Shown: positions 24,210-36,080 of the stretch, piece by piece
Numbering within the stretch: position 1 is the stretch's first letter
Layout: each line of letters begins with the position of its first letter
Assembly (NCBI RefSeq): GCF_006345805.1
Contig: NC_043002.1
Coordinates: forward strand, 48,236,001 to 48,300,000
Length of the DNA: 64,000 bases
Direction of reading: 5' to 3'
Source: Octopus sinensis
Lineage: Eukaryota
Notes under the pieces: model-generated
What the model saw: the letters and a program-made list of their open reading frames with translations, nothing else
What the model was told of the DNA's origin: nothing
Databases searched by the model: none
Made by a program: the position numbers and the translations under genes

Positions 24210-25335
24210 TTAAAGAATCATTTCTTTGGCTTTCTATTTTTCTCTTCCCAGTACAGACTCACTATAAGCATTTGTTTAAGAATGCTCTCATCAATACGGA
24301 TGAGATTACCTGTTCATCGCAGTTGACATCCAATAAGCATGTCTCTAGCAAGAATCTCAGTGTCAGGAGCAAGTGAGAACCAACTTATTCTGAGTATGTG
24401 TCGGAGACATTTCTCGTGAAATCTTTCCAAGATTTTTACTTGACGCTTGTTTATTGTCTGTTTCAGAAGAATACAACAGTGCAGAAAGAACAAATGAGAC
24501 ATATACCATGATATTAGTGCCATCACCATGAACTAAGCTATCCAGGTATTCATAAGAAGTTGTCACGTTAAGCACTGTACCCTTAAACAATATTTTAGAT
24601 GCATTGAATTATTTTCCAGAGGCAGGTTGATGCATTACAACAGTTTTTTTTTTTCAAATACGTCATATGAAAAATCAAAGGCACTAACTAGGTTCTTAAG
24701 CTTTGCTCGGAGTGACGTACAAGGTTCCAGTCGCCCGCGTACAAAATATTACGTACCAGAGAGGTAAAGACCTTCGATTAAAAGTTCATTCTTGTTAGAT
24801 TACATATATTATGCGAATAGCAATATCGTACATAAATTCCATCTGTTGAAGTTGAAAATGCATTTGAAAGCATAGCTGCAAAATATATGGAGAAGAGTTT
24901 TAGTGCTTTGAGATCACCTTGCTTAACTCTATTTTCAACCGGAAATGGTCCAGACCAAGTTTTACCAAAACTAACTCTAGCCTTCATATCCTTATGGAGA
25001 GCCCTGGTTGTATTCGCAAGCTTTTCTGGACAGCCAAATTTCTTAAACATCAGCCACAGTCCATTCCTAATGACCGTTTCAAAAGTTTTGATAAGAATCA
25101 CCAAACAATGATAGAAGCCAGTGTTTTATCAGTTGCACTTTTCTTGTTACTGCTGGACAGTGAAGATCATATCAACTGTCCCCTCGAGAAGCCACATTAT
25201 GACTCCGATAGAATTCTTGGGGCAATGAATTTATCAAGGCGCTCTAAGAAAAGACGAAAACTCACCCTTCTAACAACTGACAACAAAGATAATTCACGGA
25301 AATTTCCACGAATGTCCATGGGACAAGATTAATAC
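24210..25335 (-). mobile_element. RTE-clade LINE reverse transcriptase relic
   Basis: RGNFRELSLLSVV, KTFETVIRNGLW...GCPEK, VKQGDLKA..LFSIYF, YEYLDS, LLYSSET, LERFHEKCLRHILRISW. Confidence 0.9.
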
Positions 25336-25701
25336 TTGGAAATGAGAATAACATGAACCCAATCTTAAGGCAGGTCACACTTGAGTGCTACTCGTAACAT
25401 GCAACATTGTCATATGACCAGGTCGTCGGCAACCAAACCGGCAGCACCCCACGAACTTGCTTGGTGAGGAGGGTGATATTTGGACACTGCAGGATGAAAG
25501 AGTCAGTGGCCATCCAAATGTGTGTGTATGTGTGTGTATGCATTTGTATGTGTATTGTGTGCGTGTGGCTGGGTGTGTGTATGTGTGTGTACATGCACTT
25601 TTTAACCTTTCAACATTTTTAACTTCGAACATTTTAAAAAAGTTGTCTTATTTTTTATATAGTGTATATTGTTATTTTAAAACTGATATGTATACGTACA
25701 T

Positions 25702-25751
<50 letters not shown>

Positions 25752-25784
25752 GCACACACAGGGATACATACATACATACATACA

Positions 25785-25818
<34 letters not shown>

Positions 25819-26059
25819 CATATATCCTACCCCACCCTCACTCCAACCCACACCACACACCCCATACCACACCACACCACATCACAACACGCCGCACACA
25901 CTAGCACTGACTTCTTCCCAGCACCCACACCATCATCCACACACTTACACATGCACCCACGCACGCGCACCTTCGTTTTGGGACCACTACTTTATTATCT
26001 CCCCTTCTTCATACCTCTCCTGTCTAACCACCACTGTCCAGCATTCGCCATGATTGATC

Positions 26060-26245
26060 GCTAGCCACTGAACCTTTTTTATTTTGTTCCTCTGTTTATT
26101 TCTGTGTTCCTTTCTGTGGAAGAGCGTCGACTCGAAACATAAAAGACTTTCTCACTTCCCGTGTGTTAAACTAATACATCTGTTTGTTGTTTACAGACCC
26201 GTCTTCGTCTTTTGTTTATTTGCTTTTTTGTAAATTCCAACTATA
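26060..26245 (+). mobile_element. Solo pLTR-like repeat with hammerhead-like core, family shared with 56835-57000
   Basis: gctagccact...ctgtgga-a-gagc-gtcg-actc-gaaac...taatacatctgtttgtt; colinear with the copy at 56835-57000. Confidence 0.55.
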
Positions 26246-26290
26246 TATATATACATATATATTACATCATACATACACAAACCACACACA

Positions 26291-26325
<35 letters not shown>

Positions 26326-26331
<6 letters not shown>

Positions 26332-26561
26332 TATATAGAAGGAGCTTCTACAGGACTAGAACTGTTTCATTCAAGAGAAATCTTCAGGAAGCTAGTTAAC
26401 AAGAATTGTATTGGCATTTATACATTTAGGCAGGTTTAAAGGGGTGTTGGTGGGGGACTTTTTGGGGGTAGGCATAGCGCAAAAAATCATACTTGGGGGA
26501 GTGGTCAAGGAGTCAGTGTTAAATTAGATAGGAGAATAAAAAAAAATAAAAAATAAAAAAT

Positions 26562-26598
<37 letters not shown>

Positions 26599-26659
26599 AA
26601 ATAAAAAATAAAAAAATATATAAAAAAAATATAAAAAATAAAAATAAAAATAAAAAATA

Positions 26660-26709
<50 letters not shown>

Positions 26710-27577
26710 AGGGGGGAATAGAGTTTTAGGTAAATAAGGAGATTCTCACTTATACCTCTACACATACACACATATATACACTCACACATACATATACATA
26801 TCTACACATACACATATATATGTATACATACACACACTCACTTGCATACACGTATACACATGTATATATACACACCCGACCACACATACATATACACACA
26901 GAAAAAAATATATATATATACACGTACCACACATACTCACATACACGCATACACACACAAATCCATACACACACATGCACACACAGCACACTAGTCCCTA
27001 TATACACATATATACACATACACACATATATATACACCCACACATACACATACATACACATATATATACATACATACACATACACATACATATATATATA
27101 CATACACATATATATATATATATATATACACATATATATACATATGTGTACCCATGCATACCTACACATACACACATATATATATATATATATACATATA
27201 CAAATACAGACCCATTCCCTAATTTTAATTTTATTATCTTCGTTTATTACTTTTGTTATCTTTGGCCGCTTGGTCACAAACATCTTGGCTATGACAGCCA
27301 GACCATTTATCCGTCTACTGGAAAACAATTACTCATTCACTCACGCACACTCATTAGCACGTACACTCACTCATTCGTACACTCATACGCATACACGCAC
27401 GCACGCGTTATATTCATACATACGTACATCTACATACATTCACGTATATACACATACGTACGCGTACCTACAGATTCATGTCTACACTCTTAGAAGGCTA
27501 GTCTATACATATACACCAATAAATATAAATACACACACATACATGTACACCTACATACAAATACATACATGTACTAT

Positions 27578-27615
<38 letters not shown>

Positions 27616-28134
27616 CACGCGTACCTACAGATTCATGTCTACACTCTTAGAAGGCTAGTCTATACATATACACCAATAAATATAAATACACACACATACA
27701 TGTACACCTACATACAAATACATACATGTACTTATATACATACATACACATATATATATATATATATATAATACATATATATATATATATAATATTATAT
27801 ATATATACACATATACACACATACACATATATACATATATATACATATATATATTCATACTAACATGCATACTCAAAAAATAAGTAAATAGTAAATATAA
27901 TACACGCAGTTATTCATACATGCATACTCAAAAAATAATAAATATTAAGTATATGTACGTGCAGTTACCTATTATATAGACGGATACATACATATAATAA
28001 ACTTACACATAGATATATAGATATATATTTCCTATATATACATATATATATATACATATATACACACATATATATATAAATAAATATAAATAATTATTAT
28101 ACATACACACATACACCTACATATACACATACAC

Positions 28135-28193
<59 letters not shown>

Positions 28194-28431
28194 ACACACA
28201 TATATATACATATATACAACACACATATATAAATATAAATATATACATACACACATACACCTACATATACACATACACACATACATACTATATATATTAT
28301 ATATATAATATTATAGATATTATATTATATATTATATACACACACACACAATATATATACTATATACCACACACACTATATAAATATATAAATATATACA
28401 TACACACATACACCTACATATACACATACAC

Positions 28432-28486
<55 letters not shown>

Positions 28487-28752
28487 TACACATACATATA
28501 CATACACATACATACATATATATACATACTTACACATGTACATATAAATACACACATAGATAACTCTACGTACCTACACATACATAAACACACGAGCGTA
28601 CGCGCATATGTACATATACATATACCCATGCACACGCATATATATACATACATACATACACATACACACATGTATACACACCCACACATCACCACTACAC
28701 TATATACATACACATATACATACACCTACATTATATATATATGTATACATAT

Positions 28753-28801
<49 letters not shown>

Positions 28802-28964
28802 TATACATACACACACACATACACACACATTATATACACATGTGTGTAAACATACATACATTCTCATACAAGCACACAACTTACATTTACATATATACAC
28901 CACTTACTTACAAACATATATATACATACACACATACATATTCACATACATATGCATACACACA
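26326..28964 (-). repeat. Left inverted arm of the PLE
   Basis: Homology stops abruptly at tatgcatacacaca|ggattt (28964/28965), where RT coding sequence starts. Confidence 0.9.
26343..26393 (-). ncRNA. Type I hammerhead ribozyme (left-arm copy)
   Basis: Exact reverse complement of 33146-33196. Confidence 0.8.
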
Positions 28965-30389
28965 GGATTTACCTGATAAAAGCAACACCCGATTCCTACA
29001 ACTGGATATCGAGGATTACTACGCCTCCATATCGGAGAGCTTGCTGATCGACGCGATTAACTTCGCCAGGAGGTCTTCCATTCCACCATCACCGGTCGAG
29101 CAAGATGTGATACTCCACGCACGTAAGACTTTTCTTTTCTATGACAGATCCCACTGGATCAACAAAAAATCTGTGACCCCTTCGACGTCAGCATGGGTGC
29201 TAACGACTCTGCTGAAATAAGTGACCTAGTGGGCCTTTTCATCCTCCATAGGCTGAAAACCCTATTCACAGGCCTCTCCGGTGGTCTTTACCGCGATGAC
29301 GGCCTTTTCGCCCTCCACAAAGTAAACCCCAGGACCACGGATGGGTTCCGGAAAAATCTTTACACCTTCTTTAAAAACTTAGGCCTTAGGATTACCTTAG
29401 AATCCAACTTAACTAAAGCTAACTTCCTTGATGTCACCCTCGACTTAAAAACCTCACTTTATTACCCGTACCACAAACCGAATGAATCCCTTAAATATAT
29501 AGATATTAATTCCAACCACCCCAAAAATATATTAGATAACCTAGTAAAAAGTGTCTCAATTAGAATTCTAGCCTGTCCGCCACGGAAGATATCTTTAAGG
29601 CCGCAGCCCCCTATTACAACGAGGCCCTGGCCCGCAGTGGCTTCAAAGATAAGATTACCTATACTAGTATAGCCCCACGCCAACCTAGGAAAAATAGACG
29701 AAGACACATTAGCTGGTACAACCCCCCCTTCAACCGTGAGGTCGCTACACCTGTAGCTAAAATCTTCTTCACTCTCCTACAGAAACACTTCCCCACCCAA
29801 CATAAGTACTACTATCCTAAATAAGAACACTATTAGACTCTCCACTCTACTACCACGCCCAATCTAGCCAGGAACCTAGCCAACAACAATGTGAAAAAAC
29901 TTAATACCTACTTTTTCCGAGGCCCATCCAACGTCCGATAGCAATTGCAACTGCCCTGATAAAACTACCTGCCCCCTCAACAACAACTGCCTACAGAGGG
30001 ACCTAGTATATACATGCGAGGTAAGATCAGGCCCTGACGATAAAAGAAAATCCTACATAGGAATGACGTCAAACAGCTTTAAGACCCGTTGGTAACGCAC
30101 ACACACACTCGTTCCGGCGACAGGATAAATCCAACCAAACTACCCTCGCCGCCCACATCTGGTACCTTAAAAGGAATTCCATCCCCTTCAAGACCAAGTG
30201 GAAACTACTACAGAAGGCGCGCTCATACACAGGAGGCCATACCTGCTGTGACCTCTGCATATCGGAGAGCCTAGAATCTTGTTCGCCAAAGGCCCTCTCC
30301 TTAACAAAATCTCAGAACACTCCCCAAATTGTATGCATATGAAGTATGCGAACTACAAGAACTATAGACCTACCCGGCAACCAGATTGA
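28965..30389 (+). mobile_element. 5'-truncated PLE ORF: reverse transcriptase plus GIY-YIG endonuclease, frameshifted
   Basis: FLQLDIEDYY, FDVSMGANDSAEISDLVG, GLYRDDGL, NFLDVTL, SNHP, WYNPPF, CNCPDKTTCPLNNNC, LVYTC...KSYIG, HIWYLK, CDLC, LNK..E...CMH; stop at 30387-30389. Clade probably Nematis-like (inference from YRDD and the Cys linker). Confidence 0.93.
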
Positions 30390-30601
30390 TGACACCCCAC
30401 CCACAAAACCCCCCCAATCCCACCGTTCCCCTAGCACCCCCGATTACCTTTTCTCCTAAGACCTTTCACATATTGTATGTGCACGCTTGTAGATGTGTAT
30501 CGTATATATGTATAGAAATGTATGGGTATAGTAGGATTATACGCATGTATTATGTGTGTGTGTGCGTGTATGTATGTAAAAAAATATATATGTGTGTATA
30601 T

Positions 30602-30634
<33 letters not shown>

Positions 30635-30642
30635 GTATGTGC

Positions 30643-30675
<33 letters not shown>

Positions 30676-30703
30676 TAGATGTATGTATGTATATATGTAT
30701 ATT

Positions 30704-30867
30704 TGTGTGTATGCATATGTATGTGAATATGTATGTGTGTATGTATATATATATGTGTGTAAGTGTGTGTATATATGTAAATGTAAGTGTGTGTGCTTGT
30801 ATGAGAATGTATGTATGTTTGCACACATGTGTATATATATGTGTGTGTATGTGTGTGTGTATGTATA

Positions 30868-30910
<43 letters not shown>

Positions 30911-31202
30911 ATATGTATACATATATATATATATGTATGTGTATGTATATGTGTATGTATATATATGTGTATGTGAGTGTGTGTGTATACATGTGTGTAT
31001 GTGTATGTATGTATGTATATATATGCGTGTGCCAGGGGTATATGTATATGTACATATGCGCGTACGCTCGTGTGTTTATGTATGTGTAGGTACGTAGAGT
31101 TATCTATGTGTGTATTATATGTACATGTGTAAGTATGTATATATATGTATGTATGTGTATGTATATGTATGTGTATGTGTGTGTGTGTATATATATATAT
31201 CT

Positions 31203-31233
<31 letters not shown>

Positions 31234-31333
31234 TATGTATGTATGTATGTGTGTATGTGTATATGTGTATGTGTGTTATGTATATATTTATATTTATATA
31301 TGTGTGTGTGTATATATGTATATATGTGTGTGT

Positions 31334-31384
<51 letters not shown>

Positions 31385-31460
31385 GTGTATGTGTATATTA
31401 GGTGTATGTGTGTATGTATATATTTATATTTATTTATATATATATGTATGTTGTATATAT

Positions 31461-31492
<32 letters not shown>

Positions 31493-31703
31493 TATCTATG
31501 TGTGTAAGTTTATTATATGTATGTATCCGTCTATATAATAGGTAACTGCACGTACATATACTTAATATTTATTATTTTTTGAGTATGCATGTATGAATAA
31601 CTGCGTGTATATATATTTACTATTTACTTATTTTTTTTGAGTATGCATGTTAGTATGAATATATATATGTATATATATGTATATATGTGTATGTGTGTAT
31701 ATG

Positions 31704-31783
<80 letters not shown>

Positions 31784-33213
31784 ATGTATGTATATAAGTA
31801 CATGTATGTATTTGTATGTAGGTGTACATGTATGTGGTGTATTTATTTTATTGGTGTATATGTATAGACTAGCCTTCTAAGAGTGTAGACATGAATCTGT
31901 AGGTACGCGTATATATATATTATATAATATATATATATATATATAATATATATATATATGTACATGTATGTATTTGTATGTAGGTGTACATGTATGTGTG
32001 TGTATTTATATTTATTGGTGTATATGTATAGACTAGCCTTCTAAGAGTGTAGACATGAATCTGTAGGTACGCGTACGTATGTGTATATACGTGAATGTAT
32101 GTAGATGTACGTATGTATGAATATAACGCGTGCGTGCGTGTATGCGTATGAGTGTACGAATGAGTGAGTGTACGTGCTAATGAGTGTGCGTGAGTGAATG
32201 AGTAATTGTTTTCCAGTAGACGGATAAATGGTCTGGCTGTCATAGCCAAGATGTTTGTGACCAAGCGGCCAAAGATAACAAAAGTAATAAACGAAGATAA
32301 TAAATTAAAATTAGGGAATGGGTCTGTATTTGTATATGTATATATATATATATGTGTGTATGTGTAGGTATGCATGGGTACACATATGTATATATATGTG
32401 TATATATATATATATATATGTGTATGTATATATATATGTATGTGTATGTGTATGTATGTATATATATGTGTATGTGTATGTGTGGGTGTATATATATGTG
32501 TATGTGTATATGTGTCTATATAGGGACTAGTGTGCTGTGTGTGCATGTGTGTGTATGGATTTGTGTGTGTATGCGGGTATGAGTATGTGTGTGTACGTGT
32601 ATATATATATATATTTTTCTGTGTGTATATGTATGTGTGGTCGTGTGTGTTATATATATGTGTGTATACGTATATGCAAGTGAGTGTGTGTATGTATACA
32701 TATATATGTGTATGTGTAGATATGTATATGTATGTGTGAGTGTATATATGTGTGTATGTATAGAGGTATAAGTGAGAATCTCCTTATTTACCTACAACTC
32801 TATTTCCCCCTTTATATATATATATATATATTATATATTATATATATATATCTATATATATATATATATATTTATTTTTTTTATTTTTATTTTTTATTTT
32901 TTATTTTTTTTTATATATTTTATTTTTTTAATTTTTTTTTTTTTTTTTATTTTTTATTTTTTTTTTTTATTTTTTTTTTTATTTTTTTTTTTTTTTTTTT
33001 TTTTCTCCTATCTAATTTAACACTGACTCCTTGACCACTCCCCCAAGTATGATTTTTTGCGCTATGCCTACCCCCAAAAAGTCCCCCACCAACACCCCTT
33101 TAAACCTGCCTAAATGTATAAATGCCAATACAATTCTTGTTAACTAGCTTCCTGAAGATTTCTCTTGAATGAAACAGTTCTAGTCCTGTAGAAGCTCCTT
33201 CTATTTAATAAAT
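30704..33213 (+). repeat. Right inverted arm (3' tail of the PLE)
   Basis: Microsatellite-rich tail with unique islands; ends about 17 nt after the hammerhead motif. Confidence 0.9.
33146..33196 (+). ncRNA. Type I hammerhead ribozyme (sense to the PLE ORF)
   Basis: AGCTTC-CTGAAGA-TTTC TCTT GAAT-GAA-ACAG TTCTAGTC CTGT-A-GAAGCT: 6 bp helix I, intact core, 3 bp helix II with U.U at 10.1-11.1, 4 bp helix III. Predicted cut after 33190 (GUA). Confidence 0.82.
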
Positions 33214-33278
33214 TAATTTTACTCTGCTATGTATTGAGTACCTTATTTACTGTGGTTAACCCCGAATCAACCCGGACC

Positions 33279-33323
<45 letters not shown>

Positions 33324-34113
33324 CAGATAGAAATATATATGTATATATTTATACACATATATGTATATATACATATTTATACATGTATATGTATATGTGT
33401 GTGTACGTGAGTGTATTTGAGTGTATGTACATCATAAGAAAGCCCGAAAATTATTTAGGTAGGAATGTTTACGAAAAGGAGGTCAGTAGTTCTCAGGTTC
33501 AAGTAAGAGAAATATCTAGGCTTAGTATTTAGTGTCTCATTACAAAGGACACATATAATCCTTCAATAAATAGATATATAATATTATGTCAGAAAATCAA
33601 GTAGTGCTGATGAGAAAAAAAGTATAATACAAATATCTAAACAAGAAATGTAAAATAAAACAGAGGAATGTATATATTGTATGAATCTACAGGTATTTTC
33701 CTGAAGACGCGTACACATGCGCACACATTGAGTAGGAATGTATAAGCAGACAAGACGGATGTTGTGAGGTGTATTGTGTGCATCTGCGTGCCGATTTAAG
33801 ATAAATGTACTTAGGCAGAAGTCAATAAAAAGTCAATACATATAAATGAAGAGGTGGCCTTACATTCATGCATGTCAAAGCTAATAGGGTTATATATGAA
33901 GAAAACTGAAACGATCTTGTGATCTCAATTTACCGGTAACTTTTGCCCCAATTTATTATACGTTTTCTTTAGAGGGATGGTAACCCATACTTTATTCGAA
34001 TATTGTGGTACAAACACAAATATTTGTTCAACACACGCGCATATACAGGCATGCCATCATACATATATACATACGTACATGCATACATATACACGCGCAA
34101 ACATATATATAAA

Positions 34114-34124
34114 TAGATAGATAA

Positions 34125-34194
<70 letters not shown>

Positions 34195-34218
34195 GATAGA
34201 TAGATAGATAGATAGATA
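34114..34218. repeat. (GATA)n microsatellite
   Basis: Seen directly; GATA repeats resume after 34881. Confidence 0.95.
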
Positions 34219-34340
34219 TCTGAAACCGTCGCTAAATGTAACTGAGGGTGCCGAAGAGTTAAAAACCCTTAATATTGTAAGAAGAGCGCAATATATATAT
34301 ATATTGACAGGGGAGGTAACCGCCCCATGACTGTCTCTAG

Positions 34341-34389
34341 AATCAGTAGACTAATTTCGCTTATTTCGTAGGCAACATCATTAGTGATT
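34341..34389 (-). ncRNA. Degenerate minimal hammerhead ribozyme
   Basis: AATCACTA-ATGATGT-T-GCCTA CGAAA TAAGC-GAA-ATTAGT-C-TACTGATT; mutated at C3 and A9. Confidence 0.65.
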
Positions 34390-34651
34390 ACTCAAACGGT
34401 TGATGGTTTGTCTAAATCCCTCTGCCAGCATTAATGGTTTTTAACTCTTATTTCTCGCAATGTAGTTGCTTCAGCACCTTCAGTCGCATTTAGTCACGGT
34501 TAATCTTTTCTTTTATGGTATCATATAGCGCCTAGATGTTTATATTAATTTTCAGTATACGCATTAGCATTTTGTTAAATCAACATCAATCTTTATTGCA
34601 AAAATATGTATACTGGCAGACGGATTTAGCCAAGCCACCGACTGTTTGAAT

Positions 34652-34705
34652 AATCACTACTAATGATGCCTACGAAATAGGCGAAGCTAATCTAGTCTAG
34701 TGATT
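34652..34705 (+). ncRNA. Degenerate minimal hammerhead ribozyme
   Basis: AATCACTA-CTAATGA-T-GCCTA CGAAA TAGGC-GAA-GCTA ATC TAGT-C-TAGTGATT: 8 bp helix I, 5 bp helix II; G5A and A15.1G. Confidence 0.72.
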
Positions 34706-35344
34706 GTAGAGACGGTCATGGGGTGGTTACTCCCCTGTCAGTGTATATATATATTGTCCTCTTACAGTATTAAGGGCTTTTAACTTTTATTTCTAGTAAT
34801 TTAGATGTTTCGGCACCCCCAGTCACATTTAGTGACGATTAAAGTTTTCTTTTATGGTATTATGCTGCGCCTAGATGTTTAGATAGATAGATAAATACAT
34901 ATATATATATATATACATACACGTGCGCGCGCATATATCGGTATTCTACAGAAAATGAAGGAGTCTGCGAACGCGGGATGGCTGTGAAGACAGCTTAAAA
35001 TATCAGGCAAATACCCTTTAGACGGAAAAGAAACCTTGCGTTTGCGAATTCCTCTATTTTCTCTAGAATTCACACACATGCAGCGCTTATAAGTTCGTAT
35101 ACATATATATGTGTCTATCTGTGTGCGTGCGCGTGTGTAAGTGTGTCTGTAAATGTGTGTATTTGTATTTGCGTATGTGTTTGTATCTGTATGTGTGTGT
35201 GTGTGTACAAAAGCCCCCGAGATAATGACTTTTTTCAGATCAGGATTGTTTTAATGCCGAAGCCACAAATTATTACAATAAAACAATGGCGGATTAATTT
35301 TCATTACTTATGGATTACCAAACATCGTAGGTTTTCTCTTTTCC

Positions 35345-36080
35345 AGAATTGCTATGCAGGGTTTATTGTGTGCAGCATTTTGTAAGTTATGTCTGAAATC
35401 AATATTTTCACTAAGTTCGATGCTTAGTGGAGCTAAGGCCATTAGGTGGTCTTCTGACATTTTTTTTCTGAAATAGTTCTTTATTAGTTGCAACTTACTG
35501 AATGAACGCTCTGCTTAGACTGCCATTGCAGGTATCGTGAAACAAAAATGGAATAATGCTCAAAGTTTTCTAGCTTGTAGTTCTATACCTTATTGGGTAA
35601 ACCCTTGGGTTCACTCTATAATTCCTTGAAGTGACCACGGTATATCATATTTTTCATGTCGATTGCTTCTTTTGAAATTTTGCTGGTCATTCACTTCACC
35701 TTTGTAAATTTAAGTAAATGACACACTTTTTGATCAAAAAATTTCCAATGTTAAACAGGCTCTGCCGGAGGAATTAAAAAAAACCCATAAGAACATTTAT
35801 TTCCAGCTTCAAATCTAGTTAGATTAATAACAGCATAACAAAAAAGAAAATTGTTGCCGAAAAAATAAACTTGTCAGGATTTCTTGGCTGACTTTTATCA
35901 TTCAACAGACTATCTTTAAAAAATTTTTTCATTTTCTTCTATTTGCATGTACTTGAATTTCAATTTTCAGACAGTAACATGCTTTGATTCTGTCAGTTAA
36001 ACGTCACATTGATCTCACAGTTTCTCCCGATTTTCAATAAACATTTTATTGTTCTCTGAATCACTATCAACCACAGAAGC
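35345..36080 (-). mobile_element. hAT transposase C-terminal dimerisation-domain relic
   Basis: FTIPAMAV*AERSFSKLQLIKNYFRKKMSEDHLMALAPLSIE...IDF matches the hATC consensus. Upstream boundary uncertain. Confidence 0.75.

Larger units (their letters stand above)
26326..33213 (+). mobile_element. Penelope-like retroelement with ~2.5 kb inverted arms (fold-back structure)
   Basis: 26326-28964 is the reverse complement of 30704-33213 (unique islands 26335-26535/33003-33204 and 27208-27345/32160-32330 match). The spacer holds the RT-GIY-YIG ORF. Confidence 0.9.
34224..34881 (+). mobile_element. Non-coding retrozyme-like element: inverted 5' part plus 1.3 copies of a ~339 nt monomer
   Basis: 34224-34430 is a diverged reverse complement of ~34611-34845; 34430-34542 directly repeats 34769-34881. 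Hammerhead relics in both orientations. Confidence 0.8.

Noticed and set aside
33693-33750. Hammerhead candidate CTGAAGA-CGC..GCG-CAC-ACATT..AATGT-A
   Set aside because: Helices II and III can form, but G12-A13-A14 reads CAC and helix I is poor; may be chance.
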